The notes beneath the pieces are model-generated. The model made no database searches. It had not been told where the DNA came from and worked only from the letters and a program-made list of their open reading frames with translations. Shown here one piece after another: positions 19,489 through 29,721 of a DNA stretch of 64,000 bases (the stretch's first letter is position 1; each line of letters opens with the position of its first letter). Location: positions 32,001 through 96,000 of IMG/VR virus record IMGVR_UViG_3300048929_000185; one strand, written 5' to 3'. The position numbers and the translations under genes were made by a program. This DNA comes from a virus.

Positions 19489-20481
19489 CTATAAACTCAT
19501 CATCAAAGAGGCCATTTTACTTTTATCCATATGAACATAAAACTTAGCAGCCGTTTCCAGGCTCCTATGTCTCAACTGTCTTTGTACAAATACAATATCC
19601 TTAGTCTTTTCGTATAATACCGTACCTACCCAGTGGCGTAGCATATGTGGATTTATCTGTCCATCACTATACGCGCTGAAGAATGATGCAATGGGAGTCT
19701 TGCTAATGCGATTACATCTATTAGATAGGAATAATGCGTTTTCATCTTTTATACCGCGATCTGTCACAAATTCATCCCTCTTTATTAAATAATCTTCCAA
19801 GTAATATTTTGCCTTTGCCGAAATAAACACTTCGTCTTTGATTTCACGTTTACCCTTGCCCATTACCGTAATGTAAGGAGCCTCTTCTTCAAAGTGCAAA
19901 TCAGATACATCAAGTCCGATCAGTTCTTCTGATCTAATTCCACTACCTAAAAATAATTGTACTATAGCAATATTCCTCGTGCAATCAAAATCATTATTAT
20001 TTCCCTGTTCCACACTATTGATGAAGTTCTCAAGCTGATCCTCGGTAGGAATCTTCACAACGTGATTTGTTATCTCAGACTTATATAAATGTCCTGGTAT
20101 TTGTTTGATGATGTTTTCGTCAACAATTTTCTGCTCCACAAGATATGACCAAAAAGCACTTAGAACATTCTTTTTTGTGCCTAGCGTATTTAAGGTATTC
20201 GGAGTACAATCAATTCCGTTCTTCAGAGAGTTAAGGTAGTTGATAATATCTATTGAAGTAACCTGATTCATAAGTACTGGAGTAATTTCTGATATGGAAT
20301 TTACAGAGATGCAATTAGCACACAACCATTGTAGCATATTTTCGATATATCCCCAGTATACAACTTTACTGGCTTCAGATTTGTACCGTGTGAAGTAGTT
20401 GCATATAAATCTAGGAGCATTTACCATCTTCTCAGACAAGATATTCGCAAGTTTCTTATGCCGTTCGTCTTTATAACACAT
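19489..20481 (-). CDS. Tyrosine recombinase/integrase with intact catalytic residues
   Basis: GIRSEEL (R), GKG (K), HMLRH (HxxR), LRH (H), KFYVH (Y). Confidence 0.93.
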   Translation of the reverse strand: MCYKDERHKKLANILSEKMVNAPRFICNYFTRYKSEASKVVYWGYIENMLQWLCANCISVNSISEITPVLMNQVTSIDIINYLNSLKNGIDCTPNTLNTLGTKKNVLSAFWSYLVEQKIVDENIIKQIPGHLYKSEITNHVVKIPTEDQLENFINSVEQGNNNDFDCTRNIAIVQLFLGSGIRSEELIGLDVSDLHFEEEAPYITVMGKGKREIKDEVFISAKAKYYLEDYLIKRDEFVTDRGIKDENALFLSNRCNRISKTPIASFFSAYSDGQINPHMLRHWVGTVLYEKTKDIVFVQRQLRHRSLETAAKFYVHMDKSKMASLMMSL

Positions 20482-20482
20482 G

Positions 20483-20782
20483 TTATTTAGCCACCTCTTC
20501 TAAAAGTTTACCTGTTCTTCTGAAATACTCATTGCTTATGGTTGGGTTCATCACGCCACATCTTTTATACCACTTTTCAATATATCTCAATTCTGAATCA
20601 GTCAGCCTTGGCATGGTTGCCGAGGTATGCCATAAACATTTTTGATGTATGACCTCTTCCGGAGTTTTACAGTTTACCAACATTACATCACCAGCAGCTG
20701 CCACCTGACCTTGCCATTTTGCTTCTTTATATAATGAACTTGCACCTTTGCCGATTAATCCTGCAATAAATAATCCCCACAT
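20483..20782 (-). CDS. Hypothetical protein with hydrophobic N-terminus
   Basis: ORF with RBS, coupled to the recombinase gene. Confidence 0.65.
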   Translation of the reverse strand: MWGLFIAGLIGKGASSLYKEAKWQGQVAAAGDVMLVNCKTPEEVIHQKCLWHTSATMPRLTDSELRYIEKWYKRCGVMNPTISNEYFRRTGKLLEEVAK

Positions 20783-20814
20783 GCTAAACTCCTCCTAAAA
20801 TTGCTCGTTTCGTG

Positions 20815-21090
20815 TTAGTATTTTACATTTTTTATATGATTATCAATATCCTCTTTGACTTCAGACGGAGATAAACTTTTGCAATTACAAGCATCTCCGC
20901 GCCACGCACCATAAGAATAAATAAGTTTACCATCTTCCCAACATTCCATACAATTAAAATCTTCTCCGCACTTAACTTCCTTGGAATTTAATAATTCTGA
21001 TACAAAAATAACTGCTGAATCAAAATTATCACTTACAAACGCATTTTGGCTCCATTCATAGTCACCACGCACAACTACATATATTCTCAT
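20815..21090 (-). CDS. Hypothetical phage protein
   Basis: ORF in array. Confidence 0.65.
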   Translation of the reverse strand: MRIYVVVRGDYEWSQNAFVSDNFDSAVIFVSELLNSKEVKCGEDFNCMECWEDGKLIYSYGAWRGDACNCKSLSPSEVKEDIDNHIKNVKY

Positions 21091-21283
21091 CTATATACCA
21101 TTCCTTTCATGTTTAAAATTTTTGTCATCAGATACTTTCTCCATTTTAGTTCATCTACTCTTGTAATAGATAAATCTACTAAATCTCTGTATTCTATTAT
21201 ATCATTCTTCATTCTTGTTCTCCATATTTGCAAGAAAATAGCCAGCAACATTTGACCGCTACTGACCATAAAAATCAATATAT

Positions 21284-21598
21284 TTAACCAAGTTCGGGTT
21301 CTTCGTTTATAAAATCGTACCTTCTATTTGAGAATACTTTTAAATCACAAAACATAAATTTTTCTCTACCAGTCCAAAAATTTGTTACATCTCCGGTATT
21401 GGTGATAATTGGATTTGTGCTATACTTCCGCACAGCTCTATAATACGTCTCCCCTGCTTTTAACTGATTCGAAAATTCTTCTAGTGTAATTTTAGTTTTT
21501 TCTGATTTTTCGAAATCAAATTCGTTCACATTCTCAATGTAAGCAACCACATCGTTTTCCACGTCAATTTCAATAATTAATCTTCCATCGGCATCCAT
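21284..21598 (-). CDS. Hypothetical protein with its own promoter
   Basis: GGAGG RBS; minus TTGTCT-17-TATAAT upstream. Confidence 0.7.
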   Translation of the reverse strand: MDADGRLIIEIDVENDVVAYIENVNEFDFEKSEKTKITLEEFSNQLKAGETYYRAVRKYSTNPIITNTGDVTNFWTGREKFMFCDLKVFSNRRYDFINEEPELG

Positions 21599-21705
21599 TT
21601 TTTAGCCCTCCATATTATCATTATTTCATATGATTATATCATAAGCACAATTAACAGACAATGAATGTTGCCAAAGAAATGATTGATTTATTGATAAATT
21701 TCAGT

Positions 21706-21975
21706 TTAGTCAATGCAGAATTCTCTTTTCCACTTCTCAAAACATACTTTACAAGCAGTAGCTGGGAAAGCCAATACTTCACTACTTGCAATATCTGTAT
21801 CATAAAAATCTGTATCTTGCTCATATTTTTTACATAAACTATTTCCTTCGATAAAACAGTGGTATTTTGCTCTTCGATCTATGTAATTACGTTTTCCATA
21901 CCTTGGATCTTCTTTCACAGGAATCTCCCATACTGGTTGCCCACTAATCATCTTAGGTTTTATGTATTTAACCAT
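21706..21975 (-). CDS. Hypothetical Cys-containing phage protein
   Basis: Start reset to MVKYIKP. Confidence 0.65.
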   Translation of the reverse strand: MVKYIKPKMISGQPVWEIPVKEDPRYGKRNYIDRRAKYHCFIEGNSLCKKYEQDTDFYDTDIASSEVLAFPATACKVCFEKWKREFCID

Positions 21976-22045
21976 CTTTAATCCCCCAATTCCGCAAAAT
22001 TCTAACCTAACTAATAAATCACTTATTTTAAAGTTAAATCTTGGT

Positions 22046-22327
22046 CTATAATGATTCATAAAATGTATCAAGCAATTCGTTATACCATTGTTCTTTATCA
22101 AACTCCGTACTCGTATGAGTGGCTATTTTATCACCTGACATATTAAATACCATAAACTGCCCATTAAAGGTATTTAGTATTATTGCAAGTGGAGTATCAT
22201 GCCACACTCCTTTAAAACTTGCGAAATCTCCTCCGTTGTCAAAATCTCTAGTGTCAACTTGCATACCTTTATCTTCCATTAGTTTACAAATATTTTCATA
22301 TTTTCTGTTTCCTTTATATTTTTTCAT
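22046..22327 (-). CDS. Hypothetical phage protein
   Basis: Start reset to MKKYKG after AAGGAG. Confidence 0.7.
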   Translation of the reverse strand: MKKYKGNRKYENICKLMEDKGMQVDTRDFDNGGDFASFKGVWHDTPLAIILNTFNGQFMVFNMSGDKIATHTSTEFDKEQWYNELLDTFYESL

Positions 22328-22360
22328 TTTTATCTCCTTTTCTACTTTGAAATTGTGCAT

Positions 22361-22504
22361 TTATCTGTTTACTTGATGCATAATCTTTTCTTTTGCGCTC
22401 TCAATGTCTTTTGCGACCACATTTATTTCTTTATCATTGATGACAAATGAATATGTGGCATACAGCCCATAATACAGTCGTGATGATTCATCATACTTAC
22501 TCAT
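22361..22504 (-). CDS. Small hypothetical protein (47 aa, not in ORF track)
   Basis: MSKYDESSRLYYG...; GGAGG RBS; stop inside a junction repeat. Confidence 0.55.
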   Translation of the reverse strand: MSKYDESSRLYYGLYATYSFVINDKEINVVAKDIESAKEKIMHQVNR

Positions 22505-22541
22505 TTTTATATTCCTCCAATTGAATCTTGTATTCATTTTG

Positions 22542-22800
22542 TTAATTGTTCAATCTGTTTCCAGTCAACTTGCTTGAAAATTTCTTCTGCAAATTCTTCA
22601 GCTTCTTCTTTCCATACACAATAATTTGACTCGCATATGTACTGAAGTGTTCTAGTGGATAATCCATAATCTTATTAATAAGAATATGGTTAGTCTTGCC
22701 ATTGTTTAAGATGTCTCTGGTAATCAACGCAAGTTCTCGCCACTGTCCGGTTAGTTGCTGTTTAGGTAATACTGGAATTAAATCCTTGTGCCATAATCAT
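22542..22800 (-). pseudogene. Frameshifted, truncated paralogue of the DenV-like glycosylase gene
   Basis: ATGATTATGG lacks 2 nt versus MRLW; continues HKDLIPVLPKQQLTGQWREL...HILINKIMDYPLEHF. Confidence 0.75.
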
Positions 22801-22819
22801 ATTGTGAATACCTCCGTTT

Positions 22820-23062
22820 TTAAGGTTTAATTAATTCCATAAAACATGCGTTTGCTATCAACGTATATGTTTCATCAAATCTATCATACATTAAAACAAT
22901 GTTTCCATCACTATAAGCCTTTACAAGTTTTGAATTACTAATCCATTGCGCAACATCTGATTCAATAAAGTAATGTAATAATCTTTCTTTTACTTCATCT
23001 TCTTTTAAATTAATTCTTGTAAATAATCTTTTAGAGTTTTTATTTGCTTCTTCAAATTTCAT
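22820..23062 (-). CDS. Hypothetical phage protein
   Basis: ORF with RBS. Confidence 0.65.
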   Translation of the reverse strand: MKFEEANKNSKRLFTRINLKEDEVKERLLHYFIESDVAQWISNSKLVKAYSDGNIVLMYDRFDETYTLIANACFMELIKP

Positions 23063-23105
23063 ATTCTTATCTCCTTTCCACTGTAAAATATCTCTTTCGT
23101 TGGTT

Positions 23106-23516
23106 TTATAATATCCTCTCGCAAACCGTTTCTACTTTGTTCCACTCTTCTTCTGTCAATCCACCGCAGTCATATTTCTCTTGCAAATTATAATAGCACT
23201 GACGCAAGTATCTGTCAGTATGCCATTCGGAAAACAGTTCATCATATGTAATTTTGTTATTGGTATCGCAGACAGAAAATATCTTATCGCTCACTTCAGG
23301 ATTGATTCTACGCCCTCTATTAAAGCATTCCTGACGTATTAACTCTGCGTACAACATAAAGTGTTCCATTTGGTAATCCATGACTTTATCGACCAATAAA
23401 TGCTTTGGACTACCTTTCATTAATATATTACCTGCTATAGCGCTAAGTTCTCTCCACTCACCACCAAGTTGATCCATGGGCAATACCGGAATTAAATCTT
23501 TATGCCAACATCTCAT
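23106..23516 (-). CDS. Pyrimidine-dimer DNA glycosylase/DenV-like family protein
   Basis: MRCWHKDLIPVLP..QL.GEWRE, ECFNRG, H.DRYLRQCYYNLQEK. Confidence 0.7.
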   Translation of the reverse strand: MRCWHKDLIPVLPMDQLGGEWRELSAIAGNILMKGSPKHLLVDKVMDYQMEHFMLYAELIRQECFNRGRRINPEVSDKIFSVCDTNNKITYDELFSEWHTDRYLRQCYYNLQEKYDCGGLTEEEWNKVETVCERIL

Positions 23517-23847
23517 TATGCAATCTTCCATTTAAAAACTGTGTGCCACGTTTATTCAACCCTCTTTTGCGATAATTAGATTCTAATTGAACAATTTCGT
23601 TACGTGTAGGTTTCAGATCATCTGTAGGCCAATAAATCCCTCTTATATAATTATTAGTATCTACTTTAAATACGCAATTACCAAATCGATACTTTTTTCC
23701 ACCAGAATAAAAAGATATATTAGTTTGATCCACAGAATCAATTATACTATTAAGCCTCAGTTTTAAAATCTCATAATCAATATTTACATTTTGTTTTGCT
23801 CCGTTTCTAAATTGACGATAAGCGGTAATTGATATAGCTCTTATCAT
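23500..23847 (-). CDS. Hypothetical phage protein
   Basis: ORF with GGAGG RBS. Confidence 0.7.
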   Translation of the reverse strand: MIRAISITAYRQFRNGAKQNVNIDYEILKLRLNSIIDSVDQTNISFYSGGKKYRFGNCVFKVDTNNYIRGIYWPTDDLKPTRNEIVQLESNYRKRGLNKRGTQFLNGRLHNEMLA

Positions 23848-23914
23848 ATGTTTATCCTCCTCTACTTAATTGAAATCAGCCGATAACATTTGACTGCTAC
23901 CGGCTGTAAATTAC

Positions 23915-24670
23915 CTATCTATATTTCCACTCACTTACATAATCAAAGGCTACATCAAAATATTTTGGATTGAGATCCCTGTATGACGCACAACCATAAA
24001 GAGCCTTGAGTCCGTTCCACATATTAATGAAGTAACTTTTAGCATTCTCTTTATATTCCATGCTATGCGCTCCGCCTAACAAAGCACCAATTCTATCTTT
24101 TCCAGCCTTATAAATCTTCTGCTGTTGTCTTGTTGATAACGTCATATTATCCATTACGCAGGATAGTATTTCAAGCTGTTTATCAATAGTTTCTTCCATT
24201 CTGTTAATTTGTACTGTCTGAGTCTTCTGAATCTCTTTCATTTCCATGATTTGTCCTTCTAATCCAAGTGATGTATGAAGTGCTTCTTTCTGCTCACTTG
24301 TTTCGTAGAATGCTTTGTGAAGAACGTCTGTTGCTTCCAATTGATACTTTAGCAAAACACCTGTTGCTTCCGGATTCTTATTCAGCATAGATGGAGTAAG
24401 ATGAATTTGAGCCAACCACATAGGAACAAATCTTTCAATTAAAACAAATATTGTTCTTACCTGTCCGTCATATTTGACGGATAGCTCTTTCCAATTATTA
24501 TTAAATAACAAGTTCTTTTTTACCTTTTTTACTTCATTGTCCGCCTGATTGCCATTAAGTCCAATGTCTATTGACGCTTTTCTAATTGCTAACCAAATAT
24601 TTCCGTCTTCTGTCTTTACTCCTAATAATGTTTTCCCGTTGAACGGGACTTCTTTGATCTCTGTTTTCAT
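23915..24670 (-). CDS. Antirepressor-like protein (P22-AR-type N-terminus plus ORF6C-type C-terminus)
   Basis: IKEVPFNG..LLGV, PMWLAQI, YQLEATDVLHKAF, SYRDL..KYFDVAFDYVSEW. Confidence 0.8.
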   Translation of the reverse strand: MKTEIKEVPFNGKTLLGVKTEDGNIWLAIRKASIDIGLNGNQADNEVKKVKKNLLFNNNWKELSVKYDGQVRTIFVLIERFVPMWLAQIHLTPSMLNKNPEATGVLLKYQLEATDVLHKAFYETSEQKEALHTSLGLEGQIMEMKEIQKTQTVQINRMEETIDKQLEILSCVMDNMTLSTRQQQKIYKAGKDRIGALLGGAHSMEYKENAKSYFINMWNGLKALYGCASYRDLNPKYFDVAFDYVSEWKYR

Positions 24671-24910
24671 ATACTTTTTACCTTTTCCTTTTTATTCGAC
24701 ACACTCTTTCACAGCGGATTCACGTTGTTACCGCTTATACAAGGACTTTCACCTTATAGTTGTGGATGGATGAAATTTTCAATGTGCAAATAAGGGATTA
24801 ATACTTGACTAAAGTAATTAGAATTGATAAACTAGACTAATCAAGTACGGCTTCGGCTAATCTTGTGTTGAATGGCGGTTTCAAGTTTTCCAGGCTGCGA
24901 ACCGCTATTC

Positions 24911-25066
24911 TTATTTCTTCTTGTCATTCTCTCTTTCAACTAGAATCATTCTTACTAAATTTGAAAAGTTTGTGCCTTTCTCGGCAGCTTCCTTCTCCAA
25001 CGATTCCTCTAGTTCTTTTGAGATGTAAACGGACTTTCTAACTCCGTTCTGTTTTGGTTTAGCCAT
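24911..25066 (-). CDS. CopG/RHH DNA-binding protein (51 aa, not in ORF track)
   Basis: MAKPKQNGVRKSVYISKELEESLEKEAAEKGTNFSNLVRMIL; AAGGAGG RBS; TTGACA-17-TAATAT promoter upstream. Confidence 0.8.
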   Translation of the reverse strand: MAKPKQNGVRKSVYISKELEESLEKEAAEKGTNFSNLVRMILVERENDKKK

Positions 25067-25174
25067 CTTTCAGCCTCCTTACATCATTATATTATCACTT
25101 TAACAAGTACCTGTCAAGCACTATTTTATGTATTTTGTGTTTATAAACGCCTTTAAAATCACGCTTCTATCTGT

Positions 25175-25543
25175 CTATTCAGCATTCAGTTCAACAGCAG
25201 CGCCTTCACAATTCCTAAATCTTAAAGTACCATCTTGTATCATTTCATACATGGCTGTTTTGAAACCAGAGTCTTCTCTTATAACTTGAATATTTAGTGG
25301 AAGAAAATCTTCTTCTAATATAAGATGAATTACTTCTGTTTTCTTGTTGTCGTAATAGACACTAACTGCATTTATAACTGAATTCAATACTTCACTATCA
25401 CAATTCGAGTTTCCCGCTTCCCATTTCCCCTGATCTTTAATTAAATATATTGATTCTTTCTGACCGCAACGTAATCTACCCTTAAAACATGAAGCGAAAT
25501 TCCCAACACTTCTATAAAATTTGAATTCTGAAAATTGATCCAT
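25175..25543 (-). CDS. Hypothetical phage protein
   Basis: ORF with RBS. Confidence 0.65.
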   Translation of the reverse strand: MDQFSEFKFYRSVGNFASCFKGRLRCGQKESIYLIKDQGKWEAGNSNCDSEVLNSVINAVSVYYDNKKTEVIHLILEEDFLPLNIQVIREDSGFKTAMYEMIQDGTLRFRNCEGAAVELNAE

Positions 25544-25619
25544 TATATTCCCCTCTCTTTCTCAATAAAAGACTTCATTTATCAGTTTAATAATAAAAAA
25601 AGAAGCCATATTAAGCTTC

Positions 25620-25937
25620 TTATGTTTGTACGTCATCTAATACTTCTGAGATTGCTCTTTGTCTGTTTTTCATAAGCACATCATACATTAAATTTGGATT
25701 TTGCTTTTCTGGCATGACTATGATGTCAGATTCAAATGATTCCAGTCCTGTAATTATTATTTCATATGCCCACTTACCATCGACTTCATATTCAGTAAAA
25801 TCAACCGAATCGCTAAAAATAACATTTTTCTGTAAAATATTTATATTTTGTTTCTTACACAACATTTCAAAGTCGATATCTTCAAACCCTTGTATCTCAT
25901 ACTCTATTCCATCGTAAACAAATTTTACCATTGCCAT
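25620..25937 (-). CDS. Hypothetical protein
   Basis: ORF with GGAGG RBS. Confidence 0.7.
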   Translation of the reverse strand: MAMVKFVYDGIEYEIQGFEDIDFEMLCKKQNINILQKNVIFSDSVDFTEYEVDGKWAYEIIITGLESFESDIIVMPEKQNPNLMYDVLMKNRQRAISEVLDDVQT

Positions 25938-25982
25938 AATTAAGTACCTCCATGTATTGATTATATTATCATAAGTATTTAA

Positions 25983-26174
25983 TTACAAGCACATCATTAT
26001 AAATTCATCTGTGCTCATTGCTCCTTCATACCAACATACAATAGCTGGGTGTGCCTCTGATTGGTCGTTTAGATATTCCTCTAACTGATTCTGAAAATAT
26101 CTTAGCATCTTATGACCAAACGCTTGTTTGATCTTAATAAATTCTTTGCATTGCTCCAATACTCCGTATTTCAT
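25983..26174 (-). CDS. Hypothetical phage protein
   Basis: ORF with RBS. Confidence 0.6.
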   Translation of the reverse strand: MKYGVLEQCKEFIKIKQAFGHKMLRYFQNQLEEYLNDQSEAHPAIVCWYEGAMSTDEFIMMCL

Positions 26175-26386
26175 GTCGTTATCTCCTTTATATTTTATTT
26201 TTAGATAGTGCCTTGACAGCCTGTGACAGCCACGAGCCAGGAAACGCTCTTCAAGGCGGCTTATTCAATTCCCGTGCATGACAACGCTTAATATCTCGCT
26301 AAAACTCTTGCATGTAGCTAAATATTCATTACCTTTGTAAAACCTCAATCTCCCCGTTATTGGTCAGTTTATAACTAAATCTCAAA

Positions 26387-26626
26387 TTACTCATGCTTTG
26401 CTGTCTCCTTTATCTGTGTAAATAACGCAACCGAAACAATTAATGACCATGCTGCCAATGTCCAGTTTCCGTCCTGATCTGGTAGCTTATATAAAACAAA
26501 AATGGAAAGCAATAGTAAAATGCCTCCCACGATCTTGTAGATCTTATTCAGTTTGTTTGACTTCTGTTTATGTATGACTGACCCATAATCGTATGAATTG
26601 TCGTAGTTCCTAACTGTGTCTACCAT
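26387..26626 (-). CDS. Small two-TM membrane protein
   Basis: Two hydrophobic helices; RBS. Confidence 0.65.
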   Translation of the reverse strand: MVDTVRNYDNSYDYGSVIHKQKSNKLNKIYKIVGGILLLLSIFVLYKLPDQDGNWTLAAWSLIVSVALFTQIKETAKHE

Positions 26627-26782
26627 GAGCTACTCCTTTCTTGATATTAACTTTCTGATATCCTCCAATGCCTCTGTGAAGCTACTATGCCACATATAAT
26701 GCCCCTCAGTATCATAGACGTATATATCTTTGCCTTTAGTGGTTTTACCGCCGTTATCGCTCATATTTTTTCCTCTTTCCAA

Positions 26783-27046
26783 TTATAAATTTGCCAATGA
26801 TATACCAGTAATTGAATTTTGCCTAAATCCGTTTTCCTTGCAGAAATCTTTCCATAATGAAGAAAGTTCTTTACACTTACGCTGAATGTAGTCAAATTGA
26901 TATGGAAGCACATCTAACTGCGTCTGATCATATTCTCCTTCAGTGTTTACAAAATCAATGTTGAAATTCCAGTAACCAAATTCGTCTGTTAGAATGACGC
27001 AGCTTGATGGGATTTCTATATTTTTAATAGCACTTTCAAATACCAT
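26783..27046 (-). CDS. Hypothetical phage protein
   Basis: ORF with GGAGG RBS. Confidence 0.65.
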   Translation of the reverse strand: MVFESAIKNIEIPSSCVILTDEFGYWNFNIDFVNTEGEYDQTQLDVLPYQFDYIQRKCKELSSLWKDFCKENGFRQNSITGISLANL

Positions 27047-27081
27047 TTAATTCCCTCCGTTTTAATAATAAAATGTGCTTT

Positions 27082-27306
27082 TTATTTGATGTTACAAGAT
27101 TCTTTTAACTCCCAATTTGCTTGCTCTGCATCTTTCTTGGTAACATAACACTCGATAACCGGATTAAATTCGTATCCCTCTTGGTCATATACAAGTGCAT
27201 ATTTCTTGCTAGGATAATATTTGCTTGTAAGAGGATTATCATTTTTAGATATATCTGTCACACCCTCAAAAGTACGTTTTACTATTTTAATATTAGTTAC
27301 CTGCAT
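27082..27306 (-). CDS. Hypothetical phage protein
   Basis: Start reset to MQVTNI after GGAGG. Confidence 0.65.
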   Translation of the reverse strand: MQVTNIKIVKRTFEGVTDISKNDNPLTSKYYPSKKYALVYDQEGYEFNPVIECYVTKKDAEQANWELKESCNIK

Positions 27307-27491
27307 TCTTATTTCCTCCTTTAAAACCTGTTTTTTATCTGCACATATCAAATGGAATATAGTAACACTCACCATTACAAAGCATATATTCAAAGCCAAA
27401 TTTTGTTATCGTTGTAATAGTTCCGTTGATGTTATTTTCTCTCATGTATCTAGTAGCTAGACATTTTTCCATTCTATTCCCTCCTTAAAAT

Positions 27492-27692
27492 CTATTTTTC
27501 ATGGTGTATTGACGCACCCATTTTATTGCCACATGAACACCTGATCTCCAATGTGATTTTTTCTAATTTGCCATTAATGGATTCACAATAATGATGTGTT
27601 GGCACTATCCAAGCTTCCTTTCCGCACCTATTGCATACAACACTAAAATCTTCATTATTTCCATATTCTTCTGTTCCAAATGGTCTAATCAT
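27492..27692 (-). CDS. Hypothetical zinc-ribbon protein
   Basis: CNRCG...CSCG. Confidence 0.65.
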   Translation of the reverse strand: MIRPFGTEEYGNNEDFSVVCNRCGKEAWIVPTHHYCESINGKLEKITLEIRCSCGNKMGASIHHEK

Positions 27693-27726
27693 TTTACATT
27701 CTCCTTTTCATTTTAAAATTACAATT

Positions 27727-27996
27727 TTAATTATATCCTAGACATGTTTTACAAGCTCCTACAAGCGCGTGATCCGTTAACATTTGTCTGGTAATAATTG
27801 CATAAGCTAATTGACGGTCGAGCAATGCTTTTTCTGTTAAGTGCTTGATTACATCGCTACCGTCTCCCATTTCAAAACAAGCATCGAATTCCCTGTCGTC
27901 TTCTCCTCTGCGTGGTCTTCCTGACTTTATCATACTGGCTGCTAATGTTGCTCTTGCTTTTGCGGTTTTTACTGTATATGGATTTCTTTTATTCAT
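27727..27996 (-). CDS. Hypothetical phage protein
   Basis: ORF with RBS. Confidence 0.65.
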   Translation of the reverse strand: MNKRNPYTVKTAKARATLAASMIKSGRPRRGEDDREFDACFEMGDGSDVIKHLTEKALLDRQLAYAIITRQMLTDHALVGACKTCLGYN

Positions 27997-28048
27997 AATA
28001 TTTAAACCTTTCTTTTATTTTTATAAGCCATTGAAAATTACATTTTAT

Positions 28049-28234
28049 TTACATTATTTCTACATTATACTTTTTACTATCTATTGCTTGACCCGTGTAT
28101 CCATCTCCACAAAAATCTGAAACATTCATTGCTTCGGTTTTATTCCCTGTGATTGCTAAAATCTTATAAAAAACAGTTTCGCTATGTGAATATTGAGATA
28201 TTTCATTGTTCTCTTTGTTTAACACTTTAAACAT
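28049..28234 (-). CDS. Hypothetical phage protein
   Basis: Start reset to MFKVLN. Confidence 0.55.
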   Translation of the reverse strand: MFKVLNKENNEISQYSHSETVFYKILAITGNKTEAMNVSDFCGDGYTGQAIDSKKYNVEIM

Positions 28235-28280
28235 ATTTATTGCCCTCTCTTTCCAAAGGAAACTTACTTTTGAACCGCTT

Positions 28281-28925
28281 CTATGCAAATACTTTTCCAT
28301 CTGATTCTCTTATTTTAAAGTTTCTATACTCGACCACTGGCTTCCCAAAATGTTCAACACAATCTTTAAAAAATCTTGCATCGAAACAGCTGTATTTTGA
28401 TTGACGTAAATTATCGCTTATTTTATTGTGTGTAACTTCTTCGGATAAATCATGCCAACCCTTATATATTGCAAGGCTGCAATCATAGAAATTAATATAC
28501 ACGTCAGAGCGTTTTATTGCCCTTTTAGCCGTTATTTTGATAGCATCAGTATATTGTGCATACTGGCAAGGTGAAACGCCTTTAAACACGATTTTATCAG
28601 CTACAGGGAAGCCAAATTCATTCATATAAACAAGAGTGTATTTGTTCCCTTTGATCAACTTGGCGTTGATAATTGCTTTCTGAAATGGTTCTGCATTCTC
28701 AATATAAAACTGCCTGAATTCGTCTACTGTGTCCGGTTCCATTTCTCCAGATTCTATAAAATAAGCAAGCACATTTTCGTCTGTCAATTCCCTTTGCCAT
28801 CTTTTGCAAAAAGAAAAGAGTAATTTTTCATACTCTTCTTTTGTATGTGCCTGTGATGTAACCGTAAAATATTCCTCTGCGATATGATTGTAAAATCCTG
28901 CGTTACTTCTGATATATGGCAACAT
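28281..28925 (-). CDS. Hypothetical phage protein
   Basis: 214 aa ORF with GGAGG RBS. Confidence 0.75.
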   Translation of the reverse strand: MLPYIRSNAGFYNHIAEEYFTVTSQAHTKEEYEKLLFSFCKRWQRELTDENVLAYFIESGEMEPDTVDEFRQFYIENAEPFQKAIINAKLIKGNKYTLVYMNEFGFPVADKIVFKGVSPCQYAQYTDAIKITAKRAIKRSDVYINFYDCSLAIYKGWHDLSEEVTHNKISDNLRQSKYSCFDARFFKDCVEHFGKPVVEYRNFKIRESDGKVFA

Positions 28926-28927
28926 GT

Positions 28928-29128
28928 TTATTCCTCCCGTACTTCTTGTTTATTGTCAATGTAATCATATAAATCTGCAAGAGTTTCAAAAGTCTCTGTA
29001 TAATCCTCTGGCGTTTGTAAATAAAAATATCGTATTTTCATGTTTTCAATCCAGATATATGTTTTGTATCCCTTATAATCACAATCTTCCAAATAAGCAG
29101 AAAAACTTGTTCTATTATATCTTGACAT
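28928..29128 (-). CDS. Hypothetical phage protein
   Basis: ORF with GGAGG RBS. Confidence 0.65.
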   Translation of the reverse strand: MSRYNRTSFSAYLEDCDYKGYKTYIWIENMKIRYFYLQTPEDYTETFETLADLYDYIDNKQEVREE

Positions 29129-29145
29129 ATTCTATATCCACCTCC

Positions 29146-29721
29146 TCAAACTAATAATAATGCTTCTTTTCTGTTTACATCTCTAAGATTGTGAAAATTC
29201 GGTTTCATGTTGCCTATATAAGTTGAACCGACAGGAGCAGTACAATAACCTAAATTAACCCAACCTTTTGGCATTTCTGTCATAACTTCAATACTTCTTT
29301 CTTTTGCAAATTCTTTTACTTTTCTAACCTTTTCTTCTGTAGCTGTTTCACCTATGGCACTTGAAAATAATCTGAACGTTTCGTCAATTAATTTTCCCTT
29401 GTTTTCTTCAGTTGCTTCATACATCCAGTCAAAATTTATAACTGCTCGTTTACCGTCTTCACTCCGCTTGCTCTGAGGATTATACATTATCCAGCATCTA
29501 CCCTCTGTATCTGTTACATACGTTGAAATACACCAATATGTTTCTAAAACTCTATCTATATATCCGTGCTGTTTCCACAAAACCGGAAGTGCATGACTCC
29601 CTCCCCAATTAGTGCACAATGATAGTTCAATCGTAAGTGTCTCACCTTTTGCATTTGGTTCTGCAAATTTATACCACCATACTCTTTCTGCTGACTGTTC
29701 TACTGTGTATTCTTTTTTCAT
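29146..29721 (-). CDS. Hypothetical phage protein
   Basis: Start reset to MKKEY after GGAGG. Confidence 0.75.
   Translation of the reverse strand: MKKEYTVEQSAERVWWYKFAEPNAKGETLTIELSLCTNWGGSHALPVLWKQHGYIDRVLETYWCISTYVTDTEGRCWIMYNPQSKRSEDGKRAVINFDWMYEATEENKGKLIDETFRLFSSAIGETATEEKVRKVKEFAKERSIEVMTEMPKGWVNLGYCTAPVGSTYIGNMKPNFHNLRDVNRKEALLLV

Noticed and set aside
14980-20481. Arbitrium aimR/aimP locus expected for SPbeta-like phages
   Set aside because: No roughly 380-aa TPR receptor followed by a small secreted propeptide was seen in this window
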